64,000 nt of DNA, taken from contig OX597817.1 of assembly GCA_951406725.2 (NCBI GenBank), positions 2,914,001 to 2,978,000 on the forward strand. The letters run 5' to 3'. Each line of letters opens with the position of its first letter. Within the stretch, counting starts at the first letter, position 1. The DNA is from Octopus vulgaris. Lineage: Eukaryota. The position numbers and the translations under genes are program-made. Under the pieces are notes generated by a model. It saw nothing but the letters and a program-made list of their open reading frames with translations. It was not told the DNA's origin and did not search any database. Below are positions 32,713 to 45,079 of the stretch, one piece after another.

Positions 32713-33931
32713 CTACATGAACCAGTCAGTACACTTAATTCCATCACAACATTCCTCACACACTTCCATTCTTTCTACGTTCCAATTTCTTTATTACATT
32801 ATCAACCTATTTCTCTCCTCTCTCTGTCTTTCTCTATCTGTCTGTCTCTCTGTCTCTGTCTGTCTGTCTCCCTCTCTCTCCCCCCTCTCTCTCTAAGACA
32901 CACACACAATCACCCGTCTGAATTGATGACACTTTTCCTCGTTGTTTCACCTTACATTCGTCTCTTCGTGAAATTTCGTTTGTTCTCTTCTCTATACATA
33001 CCTATGGAATCTATTAGTAAGCTTGTCTTATCAGTTTTCCACTCTATTTGCCTTTCAGTATCTCCTCTTTCTTTCTCTCTTTCGTTCTTTCCCTCTCTCT
33101 CTTCCTCACTACCTAGTTCTATTTAACTCTTACCTTCTCCCTCTTTCTCACTCACTCTCTCTCCCTCTCTCTCTCTCTGTCTCCCTTCCTGTATTTTTCT
33201 ATCTCGGTCTGTTTATCTCCGAAGATTACAAGAGTGCGAAAGCAAATCAGTTCTGTTGACTTCAGGTAAACACAGGTGAATAATAAAAGCAAAAGAAAAA
33301 AAAAAGATGGTAACACAGAGAAAGCGGTGAGAGGAGGGAATCTTTCTTGTTCGAAATCTGCTGCTAAGAAATTCTTTTCAGCTTCACCTTCAGTTTGTAA
33401 ATTACTGAGGGGACGCCGTGACTTTACTCGCTAAACTTGGGTTTTATTACTACATGACTTTCAAATAACTGTGTCCGAAATACACTTGAAACACGAAGGA
33501 AATAATAATACATAAAGAATATGAATGATGGAGAAATAATACCTAAATATTCCTTGTCAGTTGACTGCTAAAATAATAAACATAGGTATTTTCTCACAAT
33601 TTAGCATTGAGATTCTGATGCACGTGACATCATGGCATTAGACTTTCTGCACACATTCGTTTACTCACTAATCCGCTCACAGGCACATAACTTTCTGTCT
33701 TTTCTGCTATTTACTGCTGGTTTCTACGCAAATAAAACCGTCAAAAACTGTCAGGTGACAACAACCGCAAAGGTAAATGAAACCGTATATTGAAACTCAT
33801 TGCTACGTACGAAACAAATAAAGAAGCTAGGAAATAGTCACTCGACCTGCTATAAATAGCTGCGAGGTTTCATTATCATCCCAAAGTATCTCATATAAGA
33901 ATAGCAAGTATTAGGCATACACTATGCCAAA

Positions 33932-34312
33932 GGCGGCAGGCTGGCAGAATCGTTAGCACGCCGGGCGAAATGCTTAGCGGTATTTCGCCTGCTGTTACGT
34001 TCTGAGTTTAAATTCCGCCGAGGTCGACTTTGCCTTTCAACCTTGCGGGGTCGATTAAATAAGTACCAGTTACGCACTGGGGTCGATATAATCGACTTAA
34101 TCCGTTCGTCTGTCCTTGTTTGTTCTCTGTGTTTAGCCCCTTGTGGGTAGTAAAGAGTTCTGAGTTCAAATTCCGCCGAGGTCAACTTTGCCTTTCATTC
34201 TTTCATTCTTTCGGGGTCAATTAAATAAGTACCAGTTACGCACTGGAGTCGATATAATCGACTTAATCCGTTTGTCTGTCGTTGTTTGTCCTCTCTGTGG
34301 GTAGTAAATTAA
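33932..34312 (+). mobile_element. Dimeric family A SINE with TSD
   Basis: Full copy plus 5'-truncated second unit from 34157. Flanked by TAGGCATACACTATGCCAA (33912-33930) and TAGGCATATTCTATGCCAA (34313-34331). Confidence 0.85.
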
Positions 34313-35372
34313 TAGGCATATTCTATGCCAAGAGACGAGATTTTGTTGGCTAGATGAGTTTGATTGTGAATTTACTTGACTGGGAGTAACTAATGACTCA
34401 TGAGCTAAAACTAAGTTTGTTGTATAAAGAATACGTCGGTTTTGCGTTTATTTTATTTTTTTAACAGAAGATTTGTGTGATTCTAAATCGTTATTGATCT
34501 TTATGTCTTAGCCAGTCAAGAAGGGCAACGCTTATGATCGTTCTTAAGGACACCTGAGATTAGCAAGAAGAAACAAATGAATCCACGATTCGTGAATTAT
34601 GCCCAGTCCGAATGCTTGCAACAGAGTGGACTCTGTTAAATGCTGGTTTAAGAACAAAATTTCATAGGTTTCAGCGGTGCACAGTTGACAAGGTTTCGTA
34701 CTGTCAGTGTAGAGTTTTGCGATGGATAAAATATGTCATAAGCATTAAAGCAAGTGTTGTTTGTAAATCTAAATACAAAATATTGATTAAAAACGACTTG
34801 TCAGCTTTTCACTCCGAGTTACTAAAGGTGTAAGTTGATAAAATCATATTTTGAATTAATTCACTGTTAATCCTAACGATGAAATTGAGTTCAACTTGCT
34901 GTTGGACGTGGCACAATAAACTAATTCTTTGACGTTACAATTTTCTTCGGGTAAATAATTGTTGGCGTTGATGCAGTTACTTTCAGGAAATTACTAAGAT
35001 ATTCTGAATTAATTCCCAATACACTAGAATTCACTTTTTGCTGAAAATTATGAGTAATGGAATATGTTGTTCTAATATTTATTTAGATTGGGAAATTTTT
35101 ATAATTTTCGATTTTGAAGCATTTGAAACAAAATTGAGCTTCTAGCGTTGACGCTGGGTACACCGAACAATGTGTCACTTTCCATTTTTGATAATTGTTA
35201 AATTGCATGAGAAATCCGATGTGCATTTTTGGAGTAACCGTTTTGTATCGAATATCATTATATATATTAAAGAATATTCTGATCTAATATATGACTACAG
35301 AATTTCGGCAAGCTCAATATTGTGCGCAAAAGATCAATTTTTTTTCTTAGTTTTTTTGCCATAATGCTAAGT

Positions 35373-35615
35373 TCACTTGTTCTGTACTGTGGATATAGTT
35401 ACATAAAGCTGACCATGAAAGAAATATCCATTGTTTGTTGGGTAAATGCAGATCTTCGAAAGCGTTTGACCTTGAGATTTATGAATTTGAAGATCAAAGG
35501 ATAGTTTGAGAGGAAATTGATGCCTTTGTATTTGGAATACTAGTTTATGATCTATTAATGCCATACATATTCTTGGGATGAATAAATTTTCCCCTTTTGT
35601 GGATACCAGAATCAA
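35373..35615 (-). pseudogene. Helitron RepHel (Pif1-family helicase) C-terminal fragment
   Basis: GENLFIPRI...QRHQFPLKLSF..IHKSQGQTL..ICIY...FFHGQLYVTISTV matches Pif1/Helitron motifs RQFP-x-L-x-FAMTINKSQGQ and FSHGQLYVAxSRV. Confidence 0.85.
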
Positions 35616-35644
35616 TAACAGCGAAAATAACGTGCTGCTTAGTC

Positions 35645-35688
<44 letters not shown>

Positions 35689-35689
35689 G

Positions 35690-36210
35690 ATCTTAACTGA
35701 TTGGATGTGTTATCATGTACATTGTTTTGTCTTGGTATAAAAGATGGGCTACAGCAAACATTCTGCTCAATACCACAGATTTGCTTGTCAATTGTTTGAT
35801 CTTAACCAGTTGAGCATGTCCCTTAGTGGCTGACGATATGTGCATCTCTGATCACGAGCTGAAGTAGTGGGGAAGCATCATAGCCATGTGTTGAGAGGGA
35901 TTCTTTGGGGTTTGGATAATTCACCTTTGGAGACATGGGTGTTTCGTTCAACATCCTCAAACAACCCTTGTTCAGGGATCTTTTGAGCGGGATGGGCTAC
36001 CCAACCAGAAGAAAATTCTAACTGGACTCCACCCGCAAGGTCATGCGCTGTCACTGTTGATATGAGATCACCATGTCACGCACATATGGTTGTTATGCAT
36101 GTGCCTGGTGTACCCTTATCAGACAGGTAGTCATGATGGGTATTCTGGGCTTCGTATATTTGTGCCCCAGTGTCACTTTGATGGCATGCACTGCTCTCTC
36201 ACTCAATAAT
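35690..36210 (+). mobile_element. Probable 5'-truncated LINE 3'UTR inserted in a (TAA)n tract
   Basis: GC-richer 520-bp block with (TAA)n upstream and an AATAAT tail, lying directly next to the Helitron fragment. Family assignment is inferred. Confidence 0.45.
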
Positions 36211-37966
36211 AAGAAGAATAAAAATTAGAAGAAGAAGAAGAAGAAGAAGAAGAAGAAGAAGAAGAAGAAGCAGAAAAAGAAGAATAAAAATTAGAAGAAG
36301 AAGAATACCAACGACAATGAAACTGACAAGGATGATGATGATGATGACAAGAGAGAGTTTTGTCTGCAAATGGATGATTTCAATTAATTAGAGTTTTTGA
36401 ACTCACTATCTTGCATATTTCTATTTATAGCCTTTATTTCCCGTAAAAAATTTTACAAACTAAACTTATAGCAGTTATTTCCAATGTTTATTTGTTACTT
36501 AGATTTAAGACACACCTAGAGAGAGTTATTTTTTCCTCAAGTTACATGGAAAATTCAATTAATCGAAAATTTTAACAAACTATACTAAATTTGAACTATT
36601 GCCAAACTTTCTTGGAGAGATCAAAGAGCTTTTTTTTATTTTATCAATCTCTTCCTTGATAAAATCAAAAGTTAAAACAGTGCCATCGCCGGTGCTTTTT
36701 TCGGTTGTCAGGAAAAAAAAATAAAACAGTAGCCAGTTATATTAAAACTTGAAATTACAAGAATTGGTTTATTACACAATATAGCTACTTATTCTATTTG
36801 AAAACTAGCGAAGAAATTTTGCTTCGATTTTATTTTCTGACAACCCAAACCTGAATTCTGACGTGTAATTCAGTTGCGGCATGGCTTACATTGTTTCAAA
36901 TCATGCGTCGAAAATTTCGAGCCTGATTTTCTGCTCAACAGAGAGATGTGGTTATATTAGTAGAGAACAGAAACGAAATGGCTGATAATGTGTGTTTTGT
37001 CATTCAGTAGCTTATTTCATTTCACGTTACTCCAGTCCACTCAGCTGAATATGAGTATCAACTAAGAGTTGGTGTTGCTTTCTCTCCCTCCAGCTGTTAA
37101 GTCCTTGATGTTCCGCAAGTTCAAGTGGGGAGAGGGCCGATATGAGTGTATATATATCTTCTCACAACTATATAGACAACTAAAGCAATTATCGAAAAGC
37201 ATGGCACATGTTACGAAGTCATGATCACTTCTGAGTAACAGCTATAAGCATAGAGCCAAATAAGTGTAATACATCGAAGTTACAATGTTCTTCTCTACGT
37301 CATCATGTTTCCTTTTTTACTGTTGAACTCTCAAAGCATTAAGAGTGTCAAAAATAACAAACGGAATTTCTCATTTGCTCTACTACTACCGCTACAAACC
37401 GATCATTTAATAACGTGTGTGTATATGTTTATACGTATTTGCACACACCAGTAGCGAATTTATACGTATTTACACTCATCAGTAGTGTATTTAGTTAGTG
37501 AATATATTTGAATGCTTTGTAGTAATCTTTGTAATTTCTAAAACTGTTCACATGCTATTTCATATTCAAACTTCTAATCCCACCAAATATTATGAGGAAA
37601 TTGTTATCTCCCTTGTATTAACTATCCACGAGAAGACACCACGTGGAATACTATTGATTCATATTTTCTTCTCTCTCTGCCTCAGTGACTCTGTGTGTGT
37701 GTGCGCGCGCGCTAATGCAAGAAAAGAATGTAACAGACTGTGACACTTAAAATCTACACAAAACAACACAAATACATATTAATCCCATTAGAAACATTAT
37801 ACACTCATTTACACGCACATTTGTATATACTTGTGTGAATACTTTAGCTTCATTTATCTCTATACATAAAACCCAACAATTGCCTTTTCTCCCCAGTGTC
37901 TCCTCAATCTATGCGGTTACGCATTATGGAACTAACGCTTTGATTCGTGTCTGGAATATATATATA

Positions 37967-38160
37967 CAGGGTGGCCCATAAAGTACCTTTGCTGTTATTC
38001 AACTCACTCTTTCGAATTCATATTTTAGCAGTTTAGATCTTAATTATAAAAAAAGAGGAAACCATTATTCTAAGCTAATTTAGTTCATTGTAAGATAGAG
38101 ATTTAAATGTAATAAAATGTTTTAAAAGAAATTTGAAGTTCCAAAGTGATAGCCACCCTG
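37967..38160. mobile_element. Tc1-type MITE
   Basis: Termini TA|CAGGGTGGC ... GCCACCCTG|TA. Confidence 0.65.
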
Positions 38161-38163
38161 TAT

Positions 38164-38195
<32 letters not shown>

Positions 38196-38294
38196 GTGAT
38201 ACACACACGCACACACACACATACACACACACACACACACACACGCACACACACACACATATAATAGAATAATTACTATGAAGCATTGTGTAGT

Positions 38295-38592
38295 ATATAT
38301 TGTATAAAGGATCGTGGGTAAGACCAAAACAATGCGAAATAAATAAAAGGTAAATCATAACAAAACAAATATGTGAATTAATGTAGACTTACCTCGTATT
38401 CAATATTTCGGGGTTATGACCCCATTTTCAATATGTGGATCGACAACATTCGTCAATTCCTTGAAAATGGGGTCATAACCCTGAAATATTGAATACAAGG
38501 TAAGTCTACAGTAATTCACATATTTGTTTTGTTGTGTTTTACCTTGTATTTACTTCGCACTGTCTTGGCCTTATCCACGATCATTTATTCAA

Positions 38593-38597
<5 letters not shown>
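38295..38597. repeat. Fold-back inverted repeat (probable inverted Penelope-like terminal repeats)
   Basis: Arms 38295-38431 and 38461-38597, 29-nt spacer, embedded among TA/CA repeats. Confidence 0.85.
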
Positions 38598-38646
<49 letters not shown>

Positions 38647-38647
38647 T

Positions 38648-38860
38648 TAATCCAAACATGCAAACACCAAGAGAAAACACAACAACGCGAGGACGTGGAA
38701 CAAATATAGTATTATTGGACGCTCAGGAAGGAAGGGAAGAAGGAGGGCTTTACGTTTCGAGCGGAGCTCTTCGTCAGAAACATAGGAAAAGGAAAGATCC
38801 AGAGAAGGGAAGACGGAGGAAAAAAAATCGCCAACGGTACACACGCGGTCACATTTTGAA
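38648..38860 (-). mobile_element. Penelope-like terminal repeat remnant
   Basis: Next to (TA)n; minus strand has CTGACGAAGAGCTCCGCTCGAAACG followed by AATAATA, typical of PLE pseudo-LTRs. Confidence 0.6.
38747..38781 (-). ncRNA. Minimal type I hammerhead ribozyme candidate (canonical core)
   Basis: GUUU-CUGACGA-A-GAGC(UCC)GCUC-GAAA-CG-UA-AAGC. Confidence 0.55.
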
Positions 38861-38956
38861 TGACCGGAAGGAAATGGGTGAAGAAAAGTTATTTCAAAGA
38901 CAGGAGAGTGCAAGAGGAGGTATGTGTGTGTAAGTGTGGATATGTGCGTGCGCGAA

Positions 38957-39006
<50 letters not shown>

Positions 39007-39358
39007 TATGTGCATATATACATACTTACATACATGTACATACCTTACATATATATGTATATACATATGCATATATGGGTACAGGACGTCAAAAAACGTG
39101 AACAACAGGAAAAACGAGAACATGAAATACAAAAACATAGAAAACGAACTTTTTCGAACAACCAAAGAAACAAATAGACAAGCGATACAGGCAACATAAA
39201 GAACAACCCTTCATCAATTGTCCACTACTTTATCTACTCTGCATTGCGAACATATATATAAATATACATTAAGTACAGGACATCACCAACGAGAGAAAAT
39301 ACGTAAACATACAAGAGATATGTACAGGACAAGACACCAAAAGGAGATAACTCGCTTA

Positions 39359-39545
39359 GGGAGTTGGCAGAATCGTTTGCATGCCGGGCAAAATGCTTAG
39401 AGCGATTCATCCCTCTTTACGTTCAGAGTTCAAATTCTGGCGAGGTCGACTCTGCCTTGTAAATTTTCGGAGTTGAACACTGGCATCGATGCAATCATTT
39501 TATCCTTTCTTTAAAATTTCTGGCTTTATACCAAAATTTAAAATC
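39359..39545 (+). mobile_element. Degenerate family A SINE
   Basis: GAGTTGGCAGAATCGTT...GAGTTCAAATTCTGGCGAGGTCGACT. Confidence 0.7.
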
Positions 39546-40119
39546 GATATATTTAGATATTTGACGAGATAGATTCGTTCTCCGAACTACGAAACTTGAA
39601 GTTGTATAGAGCTGAGTCAAACTGTTATTAAAACATATATATATTTAACAAACGGTGAAATCCGAAGCATATAAATCCACAAATATTGAGTTAAAAATTT
39701 CTCTGGATAGAAAAAGTCTCATAAGTTTCTTATGACGTCAGCAATGTGTATGTGTGTGTATGTGTGTGTGTGTGTGTGTGTGTGCATACATGCATACTTA
39801 AAGCCTGTTTCCAAAACACTACCTCTCGCTCATCGAAATTACTCACTTTAAATAACTGTCGTAGAAAGGCAAGACATATTTAGTACAATGCAAGTCGTTG
39901 GCGGTAACTGTGCAAACCAGAAACTATGCTTCAGACGATGAATGTGCCCTTTGAGGAATGCAGAAACAAAATGAAAACAAAATAATAACGTCTAGATATT
40001 CCTAGACTAAGCACATTTTCTATGTTTCTCACTTCTTATCTACCTCTTTCACACATACATACCTGCACATGCACATAAATAGACACTCGCTTAAATTATA
40101 TGCATATACACATATATAA

Positions 40120-40171
<52 letters not shown>

Positions 40172-40176
<5 letters not shown>

Positions 40177-40409
40177 AGATAAGAAAATGGAGAAATACAT
40201 CCAAATCAAATATCAATTACCAGATAGTACCCAATCACATACTTTATTAAACCACCACATAAGAAACTTTAAGGTCAAACATAATAATATAGAACAAAAC
40301 AGTGTACAAAACAGTTTCTTATGTGGTGGTTTAATAAAGTATGTGATTGGGTATTATCTGGTAATTGATATTTGATTTGGATGTATTTCTCCATTTTCTT
40401 ATTTTGTAT
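40172..40409. repeat. Fold-back inverted repeat
   Basis: Arms 40172-40268 and 40313-40409, nearly perfect. The ORF track shows the same peptide KKMEKYIQIKYQLPD on both strands. Confidence 0.9.
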
Positions 40410-40578
40410 TATTAATTTGTGGTAAAACATTTTACCTTTGCCCATATAATACAGTAAATGAATTAATTGCATCGCAATTCTTAACATTTATGTATTAACT
40501 TTGTTGGGTACTTCACTAGCAGTATATTGGATATATGTTATCCCATGGAGGGTTGCATTTACAACCCCTATCTCAATT

Positions 40579-40886
<308 letters not shown>

Positions 40887-41224
40887 TATTATGCGAAGCT
40901 TTTGATCTTTTGAATATATTTTTGTGACCGAAAACTACCAGCAAGACTATCTGTGATTCTAGGCTATATATATATAATCCGTATAAAAAGACAAAAGATT
41001 TTATAAAATCTTTATCTTCTTATTTGGATTATATTTTACCTTTCGCTAAACCCACACAATAGTTTCCCTGTTGTGATATCTGGAATTTTTTTTACACCTG
41101 AAGGATTTCGATCTTACTTAAGATTATAATCTGTGAGTGTAGATAACCTAAAGGTCAGGTTGAGTAGTGCGTTGAAAATAATATATAATTCTACTTTCCC
41201 AGGATCTTATACATATATGTATGC

Positions 41225-41410
41225 AGGAGGAAAGAGTGAGAGAAACTTATGGCGAAAGGGTCAGCAGAAGTTCGCCATTACCTTCTGCCGGAGCCGCGTG
41301 GAGCTTAGGTGTTTCGCTCATAAACACACACACATCGCCCGGTCTGAGATTCGAACCCGCGATCTCTCGAACGCGAGTCCGCTGCTCTAAACACTAGGCC
41401 ATGTGGCTCC
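41225..41410 (-). mobile_element. SINE family C-related copy
   Basis: Reverse complement similar to the heads at 4830 and 22226 (CCGGAGCCGCGTGGAGCTTAGGTGTTT, GAGTCCGCTGCTCTAA). Confidence 0.7.
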
Positions 41411-41565
41411 ACAGAAGATTAATATCAAAAGATTTTATTTGTTATTTACATTTCATTTAGCTTTAAGTATTTCGCATATCTTTGTGTTTTGCTTGCCTTG
41501 CATTCATACAGAAAATGATATCGTTCAAAGGATATTTAGGACTACGCTCTCTAATGTGGTCATGC

Positions 41566-41850
41566 TTTTGCTTAAGACAATGGGATACGATGTGACAGGC
41601 ATTTCTGCTTTATGTAGCAGGCTAGGCGACAACGTCACAGCTTCTTTGCTAGGCTTAATGTGTGCATATAATCGTGCTTTTAGAATTTCATTGAAGAGTG
41701 CAAGTATCTGTGGGCTTTTACTTAAGACAATAGGATTCAATTTGACGATATCTAAAAGGCTGGACGACAACGTTAAGGCTTCTTGTTAGGCGTTATGTAT
41801 GCATATGATACTGCTTCAGAATTACATTTAAGAGTGCAAGCATTTGTGGA
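41566..41850 (+). repeat. Diverged tandem dimer, about 140-bp unit
   Basis: CTTAAGACAAT...GACAACGT...AAGAGTGCAAG...TGTGG occurs twice in tandem. Confidence 0.75.
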
Positions 41851-42303
41851 ACACTCTGTTACATTACAGCAAAAGTTATTGTGTTGCATTGACCTTACGG
41901 GGACATTCTTTCGTGGATAACGGCACGAGACTATTATACACACTCATTGCTTTGTAAATGTATTTGTCGACTGTATCTCCTCACATAAGAGTATAATTTG
42001 GTTGGCGTAATCGTTTTGTTTGGGGGGAAAATTCTCACACGTTGCAGCGAACTGTACATGCGTAGAGATAATGATTCATGCGCGTACGCACAGAACACGA
42101 TATACATTCCACACATAATTTTTTAAACTTGCGAGTGTGTCCATACATTTAGCCAATCAATCATTGCACACATACGCGTACACGCACGCACACACACACA
42201 CGCACATACACAGGCGTGTTTATTCATCGTATTGCGTACGTGTATACGAGCATGTATCCACATAGCAAATAATATACGTTTTGATCAGTCTATCTATCTA
42301 TCT

Positions 42304-42338
<35 letters not shown>

Positions 42339-42611
42339 CATAAATACATATGTATAGGTGTGTGTGTATTTATATACACACACACATATATATATATGTA
42401 TGTGTGTGTATATTCTTTATATTGAGATATATTTACATGATATAATAAATATACTCTTACACATCTTTGCAAACATTCATATAGAAACCCCCAACCCTAG
42501 GTCCTTTCTTTCTTTTATCGTCTTCAACAGGCTCACTGACACGTTTACACAGTCGCAGACTCCCTCTCAGTCTCTTCTGTTACATACATACATGCGTACA
42601 TACATAGATAC

Positions 42612-42667
<56 letters not shown>

Positions 42668-42721
42668 CCACACGCACACATAGTGATATCTCCTTTTGCA
42701 GCGTATCCCCTATTAGTCTTA

Positions 42722-42791
<70 letters not shown>

Positions 42792-44006
42792 CTTCCACGC
42801 ATATATATCTGACGAAAATAAGAGCTAAAGAGAATAAAGAATGATAAGCAGTAAATAAGAGGAAAGAAACCATAAAATGTCTGATCTAAAACTGCTGTTT
42901 GCTTATCCCAAGAGACATCGTCTAAGAATGTGATAGAAGGGAATATGCCATAAAAATATATAAAGAAAGACCTATTAAAGATGAAGATAATCATGAGTAA
43001 CAAGAGACTGGTTTACGGAACAACTAGTTGTGCGGAGGAAGATAAGTTAACAATGCAGAAATTGCTTTCAGGACACAAGAATGCACGTGTGTGCTATATA
43101 TATATAGATATAAAACTTACACGAACACAAGCACACACATATGCGCACCCACACATATTTGCATGCACGCACGCATGTATACATATTGCAAGCTCAGGAT
43201 TGGTTAACGCGCCCTACATTGGCATCCTTTCTTTTCTCCACTTTTCACAACAACCATCTTTCTCTCTTCCCCCGTCTCTCTCTTCCTTTCTTTCAGTAAC
43301 ATGCATTTGACACCTCCTCTCATACCAACCTCCTCCTCCTCATTCCCTCTTTTCTGTCAGAATTTACAGATCATTTCCACACCTCACAATCTCCATCCTC
43401 ATATCCTCGTTTACTTCCTGTCTCCACATGTTAACCACTTCTCTTAATTTGAGTCTTCCACCTGCTAATAAATTGCATTACTACTCACTCCATCAAACAC
43501 TTTGACCAAGGTTTACTAAGCATTATCTCAAACACAAATTCAAATCAAAACTAACCGTATCACTTTGATCACGAAGTGTCAAAATTTTACCCATATCTGA
43601 CAGCAACTTCGTATAGGAAAAAGTAGCGCAAACATCATTATAGCAAACATTACTAAACACCTCGCAGGATTGATCGATACAAGGCCTTTAATTATACCTG
43701 AAGGCTTCACTGATGACAGAAATATGGAGAGCACTCTGCCTAACAATGATAAATGCTTTCACTGATTTTCCTTTTAAGACTTAATCTAAGGACAAATACC
43801 TGATCCAGTCAAGTCCCTTTTTCTAATTATTCCTCAAGCATTTGTAAAATATGAACCTTCAGTTCTGTTTGTTAGAATTTATATTTATTGGTGTCAGAAT
43901 TTCCAAACGAGTAGGAGTAGGGAACAAATGCATGTATGTATATATGTATGTATGTACGTATGTATGTATGTACGTACTTATGTACGTATGAAGTCTAATT
44001 CTGTTT

Positions 44007-44087
<81 letters not shown>

Positions 44088-44277
44088 CATACACACACAC
44101 ACACATATATATATTACGGAGATGTACTTGCATAGCAAGTCACCTGATCTGAGATCGTGTGCTGGAACGAAAACATTTGCAGCATGGAAGATGTTTATAG
44201 CCATTTAAGAAACACAAACAAACACAAACAAACAAAAAACAAAATACGGCTAGATTCACTTGAACATTTAAATCTAA

Positions 44278-44328
44278 TTTGTCAAAATATTTTCGTCGCT
44301 TTGAGACCGCTACCTGTTCACTGACAAA
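44278..44328 (-). ncRNA. Minimal hammerhead candidate, G3-C8 core variant
   Basis: UUUGUCA-GUGAACA-G-GUAGC(9 nt)GCGAC-GAAA-AUAU-UU-UGACAAA. Confidence 0.5.
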
Positions 44329-44376
44329 ATTCCGTGCTGCAGCAGATAATGTTAAGTAAACCTTGTAGCACGGAAT

Positions 44377-44427
44377 TTTGTTAGTGAACAGGTCGCGGTC
44401 TCAAAGCGACGAAAATATTTTGGCAAA
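44377..44427 (+). ncRNA. Minimal hammerhead candidate, G3-C8 core variant (mirror copy)
   Basis: UUUGUUA-GUGAACA-G-GUCGC(9 nt)GCGAC-GAAA-AUAU-UU-UGGCAAA. Confidence 0.5.
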
Positions 44428-45048
44428 TTTTAATTTTTTTGTTGAAGTGAATCTAACGGTTAGATATCAGCTTCAAATGAATTATAACTTTGAGGTTGTT
44501 CCAAGAAGCCTCATCGGCCTAAATGAAATAAACTATACCGGAAAAGGGATGCGCCGCTTTATTGGTTGCTTGCTGGTATCTCACCACACTACAGAAGCTA
44601 TCAATCGACATCATTGACTAACTCCTTTACCAGAATGTGTGACAAGCTGTACACAAGCTGGAAATCAATTATATTTTGTCGCATGAGATTGCAGTAAGGA
44701 ACTAAAACGACGGTTCACATTCAATTGAGATATCCCTTTAGCTCAGTCCACTGACGTTAATACTGCTCCTGAGAAACATATCAACATCACTATTATTTCA
44801 ATAATCACTTGTAGGCAATGCAGAAAACAACGCTACGCTGGCTTAAACGATTCTGATTTCTTATCTAACTGGGCAACTCAGACTTGCTCTTTAGTAGCCT
44901 TCTCTTCATTTCGTTTTCCTTTCTTTCGACTTGCGATCAGAACTCTATACTTTTAGAGCAAGGGATTAAAGAATTAAGGACTAGATGGAAGTACAAGTAT
45001 ATCTAAGAGGAGATGAGCTCATCACACACACATGCACACACACACATG

Positions 45049-45079
<31 letters not shown>

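Larger units (their letters stand above)
44251..44455. repeat. Fold-back inverted repeat carrying hammerhead-like motifs
   Basis: Arms 44251-44341 and 44364-44455, 22-nt spacer. Confidence 0.85.
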
